Part shown: piece after piece, positions 1 to 8,256 of the stretch
Layout: each line of letters opens with the position of its first letter
How positions within the stretch are numbered: position 1 is the stretch's first letter
IMG/VR virus record: IMGVR_UViG_2667527431_000001
DNA length: 22,992 nucleotides
Source of the DNA: an uncultured virus (IMG/VR IMGVR_UViG_2667527431_000001)
Lineage: Duplodnaviria; Heunggongvirae; Uroviricota; Caudoviricetes
Strand: one strand, 5' to 3'
Translations under genes and position numbers: made by a program
Notes under the pieces: generated by a model
The model's input: the letters and a program-made list of their open reading frames with translations, nothing else
The model's database searches: none
What the model was told of the DNA's origin: nothing

Positions 1-62
1 CAGGCGGCTTCATATTGCATGCCGGCCTTGGTCAAAATCGTATAGAACTCTTGCGCTGCCAT
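1..62 (-). CDS. Tail fibre protein (P2 gpH-like), N-terminal fragment running off the window edge
   Basis: ATG at 62 overlaps the gpI stop (TGATG). It translates MAAQEFYTILTKAGMQYEAA, a typical gpH N-terminus, in the expected position after gpI. Confidence 0.8.
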   Translation of the reverse strand, partial: MAAQEFYTILTKAGMQYEAA

Positions 63-865
63 CACGCCTCCAACGGGTAAATAGTGGTTAACTCCCCCGC
101 GTCTACGGTGATGGACTGACAGGCCGGTTCGGCCTGTTGCTCCAGCTCAGTGACCTGCAAGGGGTGGATTGTTGTTTGCTCGCTGTAAGCACTGCCAGCC
201 GCCTCTTTGGCGGGGTAGGCGTGTTGTTCCAGCAATGTGGGTTGAAGCGGGTAAAGCGTGGTGTCTTCGGCGGTCATGGCAATGTTCGCCGCCTCTCGAA
301 CTGCACAGGTGAGGTCCATCAACGTGACTTGTAACGGGTAAATCGTGGTGACTTCACCCTCTACAACACAGGCACCGAACCGCAGGGTGCTGGTTGTTTC
401 CAGGCTGATACGCAGGAGATTCATGTGCCGACTGACCGGCTTAGTGTCCTCAATAAGCCGGATCAGCTCCTGGCACACTTTCTCGGTGAAGCCGCCATCC
501 CGAACCTCGACCTTCAGCGCATAGGTGCCCGGCTCGCGTTCAGGTAGGGTCTGCCACCACTCTTCCACGTCAATGACGTAGCCCAGGGACTCGGCCACCC
601 GTTTCAACGCGCCCACGGTGCCCTTACGCTTGTGGATCTCGAAAGAGTCTTTAATCACCTTGCGCTTGATCGCTTCCGTCCAGTCAGGGTCCCAGCGATC
701 GACACTGCGCTGAATGGCCAGCCAAGGCAGCAACTCAACCGGACAGGTGTCCGGTGAGTTCATGCGGCGAAGGACGTTTGGCAGATCAGGGTTTTCCATC
801 GACACTAGGGCCAGCGCCTGCTCCAGCGTCGTGCGATTCGACGGCAACAGGCTGGCATCACTCAT
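62..865 (-). CDS. Phage tail protein I (P2 gpI family) with repeated C-terminal extension
   Basis: The start MSDASLLPSN at 865 is preferred over the ORF-track start at 988, which overlaps gpJ. Motifs CPVELLPWLA..VDRWD..W..KR, HKRKGTVGAL, EEWWQ and KPVSRH are characteristic of gpI. Confidence 0.92.
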   Translation of the reverse strand: MSDASLLPSNRTTLEQALALVSMENPDLPNVLRRMNSPDTCPVELLPWLAIQRSVDRWDPDWTEAIKRKVIKDSFEIHKRKGTVGALKRVAESLGYVIDVEEWWQTLPEREPGTYALKVEVRDGGFTEKVCQELIRLIEDTKPVSRHMNLLRISLETTSTLRFGACVVEGEVTTIYPLQVTLMDLTCAVREAANIAMTAEDTTLYPLQPTLLEQHAYPAKEAAGSAYSEQTTIHPLQVTELEQQAEPACQSITVDAGELTTIYPLEA

Positions 866-1748
866 CGGTGCCACCGAACACCACGCTAAAGCCCGTGCAA
901 TTGGCGGCCTGATGGTCCAGCACCACCACATCCTCAACCGGGTGGACCAGCTCCACGCGCTGCACCAGCGAAACATGCAAGGCGGCATGGATAGCTGATC
1001 GACGGATATCCCGCCCCAAGCGGCGCTGGGTGTTGATATAGCGATCCAGGGACGACCGGGCTTCAGCCAGGATCAGCTCAATCTCCGGGCCCGGGTAGAG
1101 GTACAAAACAGCCTCAATCCGGTAGTCGATCAGACCGGCGGACTGGACGATCACGCGGTCGCCTAACGGCCGCACATCCTCATCACTGAGGGCCACCCGA
1201 ACCACCTCAAGCAAATCCTCAGAAGCCACGCCATCGCCAACCCGGCTAAGAATACTGACCTCAACCATGGCGGGGCTTGGACTGACGACCCGGGCATCCG
1301 CCACCCGACCATCGGCCGACATGGCGTGAAATACGTAAGCATCCCGAGGGCCAGCAATCGACAGGCCCTCAAATGCAAACAGCGTGCGCTCCACCAGGGA
1401 GTCGTCCGACTCGTATTGCGCCTCGATCGGCGGTACTGCACCAGGATCAGCGGCGACCACGGTCAGACGTTTTACGTTGTAGTTGGCCGCTAGGTGATCC
1501 ACATCGCTGCCCCGGGCAAAGGCCAACAGCAGCGCCTTGGCCGCATCGTTGATCCGCGCCCGGCTCATCATCTTGTCGTAAGCGGCCTTTTCCAGCAGCT
1601 TGACCACCGGGTCGGACTCCAGCGCTGCCGACCAGTTGTCCCCCATCAAGCCGCGAAAGTCGGTCAGCGCCTCTTGGTACAACGACTCAAAATCCAGCGG
1701 CTCCAGCACAAGCGGGGCCGGTAAACGGGACAGGTCAAGGGTGCTCAT
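858..1748 (-). CDS. Baseplate assembly protein J (P2 gpJ family)
   Basis: LDLSRLPAP, LESDPVVKLLE, RINDAAKA, SIAGPRDAYVFHA and VRPLGDRV motifs; synteny W-J-I-H. Confidence 0.95.
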   Translation of the reverse strand: MSTLDLSRLPAPLVLEPLDFESLYQEALTDFRGLMGDNWSAALESDPVVKLLEKAAYDKMMSRARINDAAKALLLAFARGSDVDHLAANYNVKRLTVVAADPGAVPPIEAQYESDDSLVERTLFAFEGLSIAGPRDAYVFHAMSADGRVADARVVSPSPAMVEVSILSRVGDGVASEDLLEVVRVALSDEDVRPLGDRVIVQSAGLIDYRIEAVLYLYPGPEIELILAEARSSLDRYINTQRRLGRDIRRSAIHAALHVSLVQRVELVHPVEDVVVLDHQAANCTGFSVVFGGTDE

Positions 1749-2071
1749 ACGTTCACTTCCAATAGCTGACTGTCGCCCTTGTAGATACCCGACAGGCGAA
1801 AAGTGATACGCCCATCAAGAACGGACAGGACTTGAACCTGCGTCAGTTCCAGACGCGGCTCCCAGCGTTTCAGGGCGCGGGCCGCCTCAGCCTGCACAGC
1901 GCTTTTCCAGCCCTCACTGACGGGCAGATCGACAAAGCGCCGGATGGTGCTGCCGTATTCCGGGCGCATTAGCCGGGACCCCAGCGGCGTGGTCAAAATG
2001 TCTTCAATGGACTGCCTCAGATGCTTAACGCCCGAGATAGGCAGCCCGGTACGGCGGTCCATTCCGATCAT
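1745..2071 (-). CDS. Baseplate wedge protein W (gpW/gp25 family)
   Basis: HLRQSIEDILTTPLGSRLMRPEYGS and RWEPR motifs; overlaps the gpJ start by 4 nt. Confidence 0.95.
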   Translation of the reverse strand: MIGMDRRTGLPISGVKHLRQSIEDILTTPLGSRLMRPEYGSTIRRFVDLPVSEGWKSAVQAEAARALKRWEPRLELTQVQVLSVLDGRITFRLSGIYKGDSQLLEVNV

Positions 2072-2075
2072 GGGG

Positions 2076-2270
2076 CTACTCCGGCAGACGCTCTAAATCA
2101 GGGTGTTTATCGAGAAATGCCTGCGCTTCGGCGTCCGACGCCTCGACGTGGTGCTTGCTGACCTGCAGCAGGCGGTCGTCGCTCATCACCAGAGTGCGTG
2201 AGATAAAAGCCCGGTCGCGGTAAACCACCGGGCTGACAGGCTTGTCGATCGGGACGGCTTTGCTCGTCAT
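2076..2270 (-). CDS. Small hypothetical phage protein (64 aa) between gpV and gpW
   Basis: ATG at 2270 with GGAG 6 nt upstream. The longer ORF-track start runs through a terminator. Confidence 0.75.
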   Translation of the reverse strand: MTSKAVPIDKPVSPVVYRDRAFISRTLVMSDDRLLQVSKHHVEASDAEAQAFLDKHPDLERLPE

Positions 2271-2285
2271 CGTTTTCTCCAGGAC

Positions 2286-2308
2286 AAAAAAAACCCGCAA
2301 AATGCGGG
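2286..2308 (-). terminator. Intrinsic terminator-like hairpin downstream of sdhC and upstream of the 2270 gene
   Basis: Minus strand reads CCCGCA-TTT-TGCGGG followed by T8. Confidence 0.8.
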
Positions 2309-2434
2309 CTGGGGGTACGGTCAAAAGGCTAGGGTTTAAGCATCAGAAACAAACACATTCAATACTGGCTGCTCAAAAGCTCAAAACTTGGCAATTCGAC
2401 CGTGAATACTTTTCGATTTTCGATTAAGGAAAAC

Positions 2435-2812
2435 TCAAGTCCAAAGCCAAACACCAGCAACAGCGATCAAGACGATAGAAATCACGAGCACAATCATAGA
2501 TCCGCGCTTACCGCCTTCCAGCGTCTCACCAACCCCCATATCCATGATGAGATGTCTTACACCTGCGACCAAGTGATAAGCCAGTGCTGACACCACCACC
2601 CAAACAACGATCTTCGCAAATGGCGTGGACAACATGGCCTTCATTTCGTTGAAACCTTCCTCGGAGCTCAGCGATTTTCCCAGGGCGTACAACAGTAAGA
2701 ACACGCAGGGAAAGAGAATCAGTCCTGAGATCCGGTGCAATATCGATGTGATAGCGGTAATCGGATACTTGAAGGTTCCAAGGTCAAGGTTCACGGGTCT
2801 TTTCTGGTTCAT
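2435..2812 (-). CDS. sdhC: Succinate dehydrogenase cytochrome b556 subunit (orphan copy, phage cargo)
   Basis: RPVNLDL, SILHRISG, YHLVAGVRHLIMDMG (haem-ligand His) and three hydrophobic helices. ATG at 2812 preceded by AGGA; an alternative TTG start is at 2818. Confidence 0.95.
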   Translation of the reverse strand: MNQKRPVNLDLGTFKYPITAITSILHRISGLILFPCVFLLLYALGKSLSSEEGFNEMKAMLSTPFAKIVVWVVVSALAYHLVAGVRHLIMDMGVGETLEGGKRGSMIVLVISIVLIAVAGVWLWT

Positions 2813-2944
2813 ATCCAATCCTGATGTAGGAAAAAGGGCTTATCTATTTGGCCCCAGTTGCGTCTCGGTGCTACGACAAAACTCGGCGCAGCTATGTCTG
2901 TAGAGGGGCGAGGCTGCCATTCATCAATGGGTACATCGCAATCC

Positions 2945-2970
2945 TAAACTAAACCAACCGGTTCAGTTTA
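2945..2970. promoter_or_regulatory. Inverted repeat, probable TetR operator
   Basis: TAAACTAAACC-AACC-GGTTCAGTTTA has 11-bp arms with 1 mismatch and lies between divergent sdhC and tetR. The right arm read on the minus strand contains a -10-like TAAACT facing sdhC. Confidence 0.7.
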
Positions 2971-3035
2971 CAGCTTAGACGCTGACCTAGCACAAGCTTT
3001 TTCGCTTACCATGCCCCTTTAATTGAGACCATCTG

Positions 3036-3659
3036 ATGAAGAAAAGAACCGAAGCTAGACGTCTAGCTATCCGCGATGCCGCAGGGCAAGCTTTCAAAGA
3101 ACTCGGATTTGAGGGCACCTCAATGGCTCACCTGGCACAGCGGCTGGGCTATTCGAAAGCCACGCTTTACTCCTACTTTGATTCCAAAGAAGAACTGTTC
3201 TATGAAGTGTTGATGGCTTCAACAAGCTCTCAAATGGATGCCATTTTTAAGATTTTAGAGAAGCCGCTATTTGAGTTACGCAAGGATTTGACATTGCTTG
3301 GCGAGAAAATTACCGAGCTCCTCTATTCAGAAGAAGTAATGGCCGTACGACGTCTGCTTTTGTCCGAGGCAGGTCGCAAGAACGAACTGGGTCTGAAGTG
3401 TTATGAGGCTGGTCCCGCTCAGTTTCTTGTTGTTATATCCCAAAGCCTGCAATGCGCTATGAACCGTGGGTTGTTGCGACAATCCGACCCTGTCGTTGCG
3501 GCGCTTCATTGGCGGGCACTTCTGGAATCCGAATGGATCGATCATTTCCTGTTCTCGACTTCAACACAGGACAGTGAGGCAAAGGTCCGGGCCACAACAG
3601 CGCGCGCCGTGGAAGCATTTCTACTGGCCTATGGTGCTTCCAGCTCGGACAAGAATTGA
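3036..3659 (+). CDS. TetR/AcrR family transcriptional regulator
   Basis: N-terminal HTH (AFKELGFEGTSMAHLAQRLGYSKATLYSYFDSKEELF) and an all-helical ligand domain ending AVEAFLLAY. Confidence 0.95.
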   Translation: MKKRTEARRLAIRDAAGQAFKELGFEGTSMAHLAQRLGYSKATLYSYFDSKEELFYEVLMASTSSQMDAIFKILEKPLFELRKDLTLLGEKITELLYSEEVMAVRRLLLSEAGRKNELGLKCYEAGPAQFLVVISQSLQCAMNRGLLRQSDPVVAALHWRALLESEWIDHFLFSTSTQDSEAKVRATTARAVEAFLLAYGASSSDKN

Positions 3660-3678
3660 CGCAGTGGCAACCAACACC

Positions 3679-4260
3679 TCAATGCTTGTGATTGGGCGTG
3701 TTGCCGCTTGTGTCGATAATTGCCCCGCCACCGTTGATATTGCCCATTACGCGTAACCCGCCGTTGATCAACACTTCACCGTAGATCGTCAGGTCGCCAT
3801 CGAGTGCAATTGCCCCGGACGTGACGACCACCGCGTTATCCGTAACGGTCGCCGATGAACCACCCACCTTGATATCCACCGAGCCGGTCGGCAGCACAAT
3901 GCTGTAACTGTGGGCCTGCCAGTCATAAGTCAGCGACCCGCCATCATCGAACAGCCAGAGCTCGACGTGATCGCGGTTATCCGGGGCGGGGCCGGCATCG
4001 CCAAACAATCCCGGTACAAAGGTGCCTTGTGAAACGTCACCACTTGGGCTGAGCAAAGCGCCCTGCTCGCCCATGCTGGGCACCCGCCAGTGCCGCGCCT
4101 TGCCCGCCGCCTGACTGTGCCAGCGCACCCAGGCACTGACCCATTCGCCGTCCGACACCCGGCACACGGGCGGCATGGTCGCAAGGTCCAGGGCGACCAC
4201 ATAACAGCCCTTGACCACCCCGGCGATCATGCGGTCGTGTTCGGCAAGTGCGTGGCTCAT
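3679..4260 (-). CDS. Baseplate assembly/spike protein V (P2 gpV family)
   Basis: WVRW..AAGKARHWRVPSMGEQ..LLSPSG motif, beta-helix-like repeats and a terminal HxH iron-binding motif (NHKH). Confidence 0.93.
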   Translation of the reverse strand: MSHALAEHDRMIAGVVKGCYVVALDLATMPPVCRVSDGEWVSAWVRWHSQAAGKARHWRVPSMGEQGALLSPSGDVSQGTFVPGLFGDAGPAPDNRDHVELWLFDDGGSLTYDWQAHSYSIVLPTGSVDIKVGGSSATVTDNAVVVTSGAIALDGDLTIYGEVLINGGLRVMGNINGGGAIIDTSGNTPNHKH

Positions 4261-4748
4261 GGGTCAACCTCAACATTCACGCTGAACACCAGCGAACCGG
4301 GCGGCTCATCCGGCCACGGCCATTCCGTTTCACCTAGGTAAATCGTCTGGGTCCACTCCACCAGCCACACGGTGTAGCCATCAAGCTCCGGGCGGGTCCA
4401 GTCCTGGGTTGAACGCTTGAACTCGGCAGGCTCAACCGCCAGCCCCCACGTCTGAGCGCGCAACAACACCGCCAATTGCGTGGCAAGGTGAATGGCCTGC
4501 TGGTAATGCTGATCACGGATCACATCAACAATCACCCGTGCTTCAAAGGTAACGTTCAGCGTGCTTTCGCCGGTGCCGATATCGGTACCCGGCTCGATCT
4601 CGGCGATGTCGAGAAATACGGCTGGCAGCGGGATGTGCTGCTCGATGTCAGGCCAGAAGCGGACCAACTGAACACCTGACAGCTGCTCTTGCAGATGCTG
4701 TTCAATGGTTTGATACAACAGGTCGAGGCTAAACGGCTGTTCAGACAC
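4257..4748 (-). CDS. Probable tail completion/terminator-type structural protein
   Basis: Lies between the gpZ-like gene and gpV with overlapping start/stop codons. Has the LPAVFLD and WLVEWTQTIYLG pattern seen in such neck/tail proteins. Confidence 0.65.
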   Translation of the reverse strand: MSEQPFSLDLLYQTIEQHLQEQLSGVQLVRFWPDIEQHIPLPAVFLDIAEIEPGTDIGTGESTLNVTFEARVIVDVIRDQHYQQAIHLATQLAVLLRAQTWGLAVEPAEFKRSTQDWTRPELDGYTVWLVEWTQTIYLGETEWPWPDEPPGSLVFSVNVEVDP

Positions 4749-5406
4749 GGCGCGTCCCCTTCAGGTATTTCTGCAGTTCAAAGTTCATTTCTTGCCGGAG
4801 AATCTGCAGCAGGCGCTCATCGGCCTTGCGGCTCCAGGTTTCAAAATGCGGCCGTACTGAATCCAGTGAAATCTTGGCCTTGGCCAACGGAAAGCGATCG
4901 CTGTTTTCCCCCACAAAACCGGAGCTGGCCCCGGTCTGCGAAGTGACTTCGCTGTCGGGGTAGTCGGCCCGGGCGAAGTGTTTACTGGCGGTACGAATCC
5001 AGATATCGGCCTGATTGCCGTACACCTTTTTGTAGAAGGCGCCGCGATAGCGCCGACTACCCACTGATACACCGGCCTTGGTCTGCCGTGGGCGCCCTGT
5101 CCGGCTGGCTTCCAGCGGGTTGATACCGAACCAGAGCTTGCCGCGCATCGCCCCGCCGGCGATCGGGTAGCTGCGCAAACGCTGCCGCACCGCCTTGACC
5201 GCGATTCGCTCCTGCTTGCCAACGGCCCGGGCTATATGGGTGCTGAGCCAGCCCAAGGTTTTATTGATTGCGCGACGTTGCGCGTTGGCAGCAGCTTTGG
5301 GTATCAGGGCGGCCAGTTCCGCAAATGCTTTCAGGTCCTCGGACGAGACCTGAATATTGAACATTCCACTGCTGGCCCTGTTCTCACTAAAGCTGCCAAT
5401 GCTCAT
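4741..5406 (-). CDS. Minor tail protein (lambda gpZ-like)
   Basis: Basic protein with RAINKT and GAF motifs, located after the head-tail joining gene. Confidence 0.7.
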   Translation of the reverse strand: MSIGSFSENRASSGMFNIQVSSEDLKAFAELAALIPKAAANAQRRAINKTLGWLSTHIARAVGKQERIAVKAVRQRLRSYPIAGGAMRGKLWFGINPLEASRTGRPRQTKAGVSVGSRRYRGAFYKKVYGNQADIWIRTASKHFARADYPDSEVTSQTGASSGFVGENSDRFPLAKAKISLDSVRPHFETWSRKADERLLQILRQEMNFELQKYLKGTRRV

Positions 5407-5723
5407 GGGCGTTTCCTCAAGATCAGCGATACCAGGCCGTCGCCGCTGGGCTCCAGTTGCAGCAGGTCATAATCGCCACCACCGTCCAGCGCAGGCAGGT
5501 CGATGGTGACAAGCAATCCTTTATTCAGCCCATCCGAGTCCGCAACCCGCACGACAAAGTGCGGCTCGCGAAGGCCGGTATTGAGACGGCCAATCTGCGG
5601 CTGTTTCCACGGTGCTGAGAACATCCCCAGCACCGGCTCGGCGCGACCCTCGATGTGGCCGGTATCGCCCAGCACGTCGAAAATCACGCTGTCGATATCG
5701 ACCACCAGATCACGAATGCCCAC
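5403..5723 (-). CDS. Head-tail joining protein
   Basis: 106 aa, directly after the major capsid gene; ends EPSGDGLVSLILR, typical of this head-closure family. Confidence 0.7.
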   Translation of the reverse strand: MGIRDLVVDIDSVIFDVLGDTGHIEGRAEPVLGMFSAPWKQPQIGRLNTGLREPHFVVRVADSDGLNKGLLVTIDLPALDGGGDYDLLQLEPSGDGLVSLILRKRP

Positions 5724-5725
5724 GG

Positions 5726-6721
5726 TTACAGCTCCAGCAGGATCTGGGCACGTGGCCGGGTGCAGATATGCAGCGGGTTGGATTGGGCTTCGCCGGCCAT
5801 GCCTTTGTTGAACGGCATCGGCTCGATCTTGCTGTAGTACGGGATGCCCTGGGTGTTGACCGTTTCCATGTAATCGGCCGGAGCAAAGGCCGAGATATAG
5901 AGGTCAGGAACGCCTTCGGGGACCAGCAGGGCTTTGTCGTCGTGGACGAAGGCAACGCTCGCGATCTTGCCGCGATAGCGTTCCCAGACAATGCCGCCGA
6001 ACTCGAAGCTCTCGCGGGCATCACCACGCAGAGCTGCAGCTTGTGCCGAGTTGACGTAGGTCTCCTTGATTGCCTTGAGTCCCATCATCTTGTTCCAGAA
6101 ATTCTTGCCGCAGAACGCCCGGGCCCCCGTGCTGGTAACACTGCCCAGCGCATCCTCCTGCAGATCCAACGCTTCGCCACATTTGACGCGGAAGTCAGTG
6201 GACTCGACGTTCAATCCCATCGACATTTTCTGCTGCTTCACACCAAAGCGGTCATAGAGGTTGAGCAGCACCGTCTTGCCGTCAGCATCGAGAATCAGAC
6301 CATTCAAGGCACCGGCACGCTGGAACTCGTGAGTCACGTCCAACTGGCGTCGGGCTTTCAACAGTCGCGCATTAACCACGTCCTGCACCGCCTGCAATTC
6401 GCTGCGTGTGCCGAAGGCGCGAATGCCCTGAATCTCATCGGCCTTGATGGTAAAACGCTCCGGCAAATGCACGGTGTTGAACGGGATCAAGGTGCGCTTG
6501 CTGGCACCCACGACCAAACCCGAAGTACCGCGCTCACCGGCCGGTACCAGTGCCAGGGTATCGCCGTCCTTTTCGATCTGCACGGTCAGGGTGGTGATGC
6601 CCTCTTCACGAAACAGACCGAGGCTGCTCAAGCGCCCGGGTAGATATTGCTGTTCGTTGATGGCAGCGGTCAGCGAAGAAACAGAAAACGCTTCGTCGTC
6701 AAAGATGGCGATATCGGCCAT
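5726..6721 (-). CDS. Major capsid protein (lambda gpE family)
   Basis: LTAAIN, DEIQGIRAFG, FAPADYMETVNTQGIPYY and EAQSNPL..CTRP motifs; GGAG RBS upstream. Confidence 0.95.
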   Translation of the reverse strand: MADIAIFDDEAFSVSSLTAAINEQQYLPGRLSSLGLFREEGITTLTVQIEKDGDTLALVPAGERGTSGLVVGASKRTLIPFNTVHLPERFTIKADEIQGIRAFGTRSELQAVQDVVNARLLKARRQLDVTHEFQRAGALNGLILDADGKTVLLNLYDRFGVKQQKMSMGLNVESTDFRVKCGEALDLQEDALGSVTSTGARAFCGKNFWNKMMGLKAIKETYVNSAQAAALRGDARESFEFGGIVWERYRGKIASVAFVHDDKALLVPEGVPDLYISAFAPADYMETVNTQGIPYYSKIEPMPFNKGMAGEAQSNPLHICTRPRAQILLEL

Positions 6722-6740
6722 TGGGGACTCTCCAGAATGT

Positions 6741-6763
6741 AAAAACCCCGCTCGATGGCGGGG
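6741..6763 (-). terminator. Terminator-like hairpin between the head decoration and capsid genes
   Basis: Minus strand reads CCCCGC-CATCGA-GCGGGG-TTTTT. Confidence 0.65.
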
Positions 6764-6784
6764 TGCGATATAGGGGCGGTCGGC

Positions 6785-7129
6785 TTAGCGCACGATCACA
6801 AAATGTTCGGCCAGTGATTTCTCGCCCTCGGGGTCAAGCCCAGTCAAATGCGCCTCGCTGACTTCAGCCAGGCGCACCACTGCGCGACCACGGCGTACGA
6901 TGTCGGATTCGCCCAGCGGGCCGTAGAGGATGGCCACGGCGGTCTGGCTGCCGTCTTCGGCGGTGGGTACATAAGGCGCGAATTCGCCCGAGGCGGTCAC
7001 CAGCCCGAGGACTTGGCCAGCATTCAGCGCAGAGCCCGCCGCCACATTGATCGCTTCACGAGAGATGTTCCCGGCCCCTTCGGACAGCAGGAACTCACCC
7101 GCGTGCATCGGCTCTTTTTTAATGGTCAT
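6785..7129 (-). CDS. Head decoration protein (lambda gpD-like)
   Basis: EFLLSE..SRE, AGQVLG, DGSQTAVAILY and RLAEV motifs; located before the capsid gene. Confidence 0.9.
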   Translation of the reverse strand: MTIKKEPMHAGEFLLSEGAGNISREAINVAAGSALNAGQVLGLVTASGEFAPYVPTAEDGSQTAVAILYGPLGESDIVRRGRAVVRLAEVSEAHLTGLDPEGEKSLAEHFVIVR

Positions 7130-8256
7130 GCTTTTACCCCTGTCTGGACGGCGCGGCGGGCCGCATAAATGGCATTGGTGTCAGGCTGTTTGGCCTGGGT
7201 TTTCGGCGCCGGCTCATCGCTGATCGGCAGGCTGTTATCGATTTCAAAACCGCCGCCGCTGACCAGCTTGTCGAACAGACGACTGCGCACCGCTTCAGCA
7301 CTGAGCCCGGCAGCTACAAACTCCTGGGTGAACTCCGGCAAACGCGCCGCCACGCACAGGTCGCGCACGGCCTTGGCATTGGTCAGCGCGGCATTAACTG
7401 TGGCCTCGTCGGCCAACTTGGTGGTGCTGATCAATGCTTCGATCAGGTTGCTAATCCCAGCGGCCGTGCAACTTTGGGTGATCAGCAAGGCCAGCTTCGC
7501 CGAGTCCACGATGGGCGGTTTTTCGGGTTCAGGCGGAATAGGTTCCGGTGTTGGCTCAGGAACTGGCTCGGGCGGTTCATCCAATTGGGCCAGTAATGCT
7601 TGCGGTGCATGTTGGTAGCGCTGCAGTGCACCGCCCTGCCCCAGGCAAGCTTTGACGGCAACGCCCTCGCCCACTTCGTCAGCCAAGCCCAAGGCCACCG
7701 CTTCGCTGGCCGTGAGCCAGGTTTCAGCATTGACCATGCGCCGCAGTTCAACTTCGTCGATGTCGGGTGCCTTGGCCTTGTAGGCCGCGATGATGGCTTC
7801 CATCGCCTGATCCAACGCCGTGGCCACCTTACGCAAATCTTCGGCATCACCTGCGGCGTAGGTCCACGGGTTGTGGATCATCAGCATGGCATTGGACGCG
7901 ATCACCACGCGGTGCGCGCCACACACCGCGACACTGGCCGCGCTGGCTGCCAGCGCATCTACACGGCCGGTGCAACGCTCGCCCAGGCGCGACAGGGCGT
8001 TGTGAATGGCCAAGCCGTCAAACAGGTCACCGCCGATGCTGTTAAAGGCCACAACAATTGGCGACACACCATCATCCAATGCCGCCAAGTCGCGGACAAA
8101 TTGGTTGGCAGTGATGCCCCAGGTACCGATCTCGCCGTATACGTAGACCTCAATGCTGCGTGTCTCGGCCTCGCCGCTGGCCTTCAGGCTGTACCAGTGC
8201 TTGTTTTGCGGCGCCGGTGGGTCACCGGCCTTGTTGAAAATGCGTAGCCTGTTCAT
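7126..8256 (-). CDS. Head maturation protease (ClpP-related) with C-terminal scaffold region
   Basis: YGEIG, NSIGGD, ALAASAAS (catalytic Ser), MIHNPW (His) and ETWLTASEAVALGLAD motifs, then a Pro/Glu linker and a helical C-terminal domain. Confidence 0.93.
   Translation of the reverse strand: MNRLRIFNKAGDPPAPQNKHWYSLKASGEAETRSIEVYVYGEIGTWGITANQFVRDLAALDDGVSPIVVAFNSIGGDLFDGLAIHNALSRLGERCTGRVDALAASAASVAVCGAHRVVIASNAMLMIHNPWTYAAGDAEDLRKVATALDQAMEAIIAAYKAKAPDIDEVELRRMVNAETWLTASEAVALGLADEVGEGVAVKACLGQGGALQRYQHAPQALLAQLDEPPEPVPEPTPEPIPPEPEKPPIVDSAKLALLITQSCTAAGISNLIEALISTTKLADEATVNAALTNAKAVRDLCVAARLPEFTQEFVAAGLSAEAVRSRLFDKLVSGGGFEIDNSLPISDEPAPKTQAKQPDTNAIYAARRAVQTGVKA

Noticed and set aside
866..988. 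N-terminal extensions given by the ORF track (gpI here; likewise terL, PA0613-like, TraR, cro, prtN, xis)
   Set aside because: They overlap neighbouring genes or promoters; downstream starts fit the RBS or family N-termini better.
5612..6643. 343-aa + strand ORF
   Set aside because: Antisense shadow of the major capsid gene, common in high-GC DNA; no recognisable motifs.
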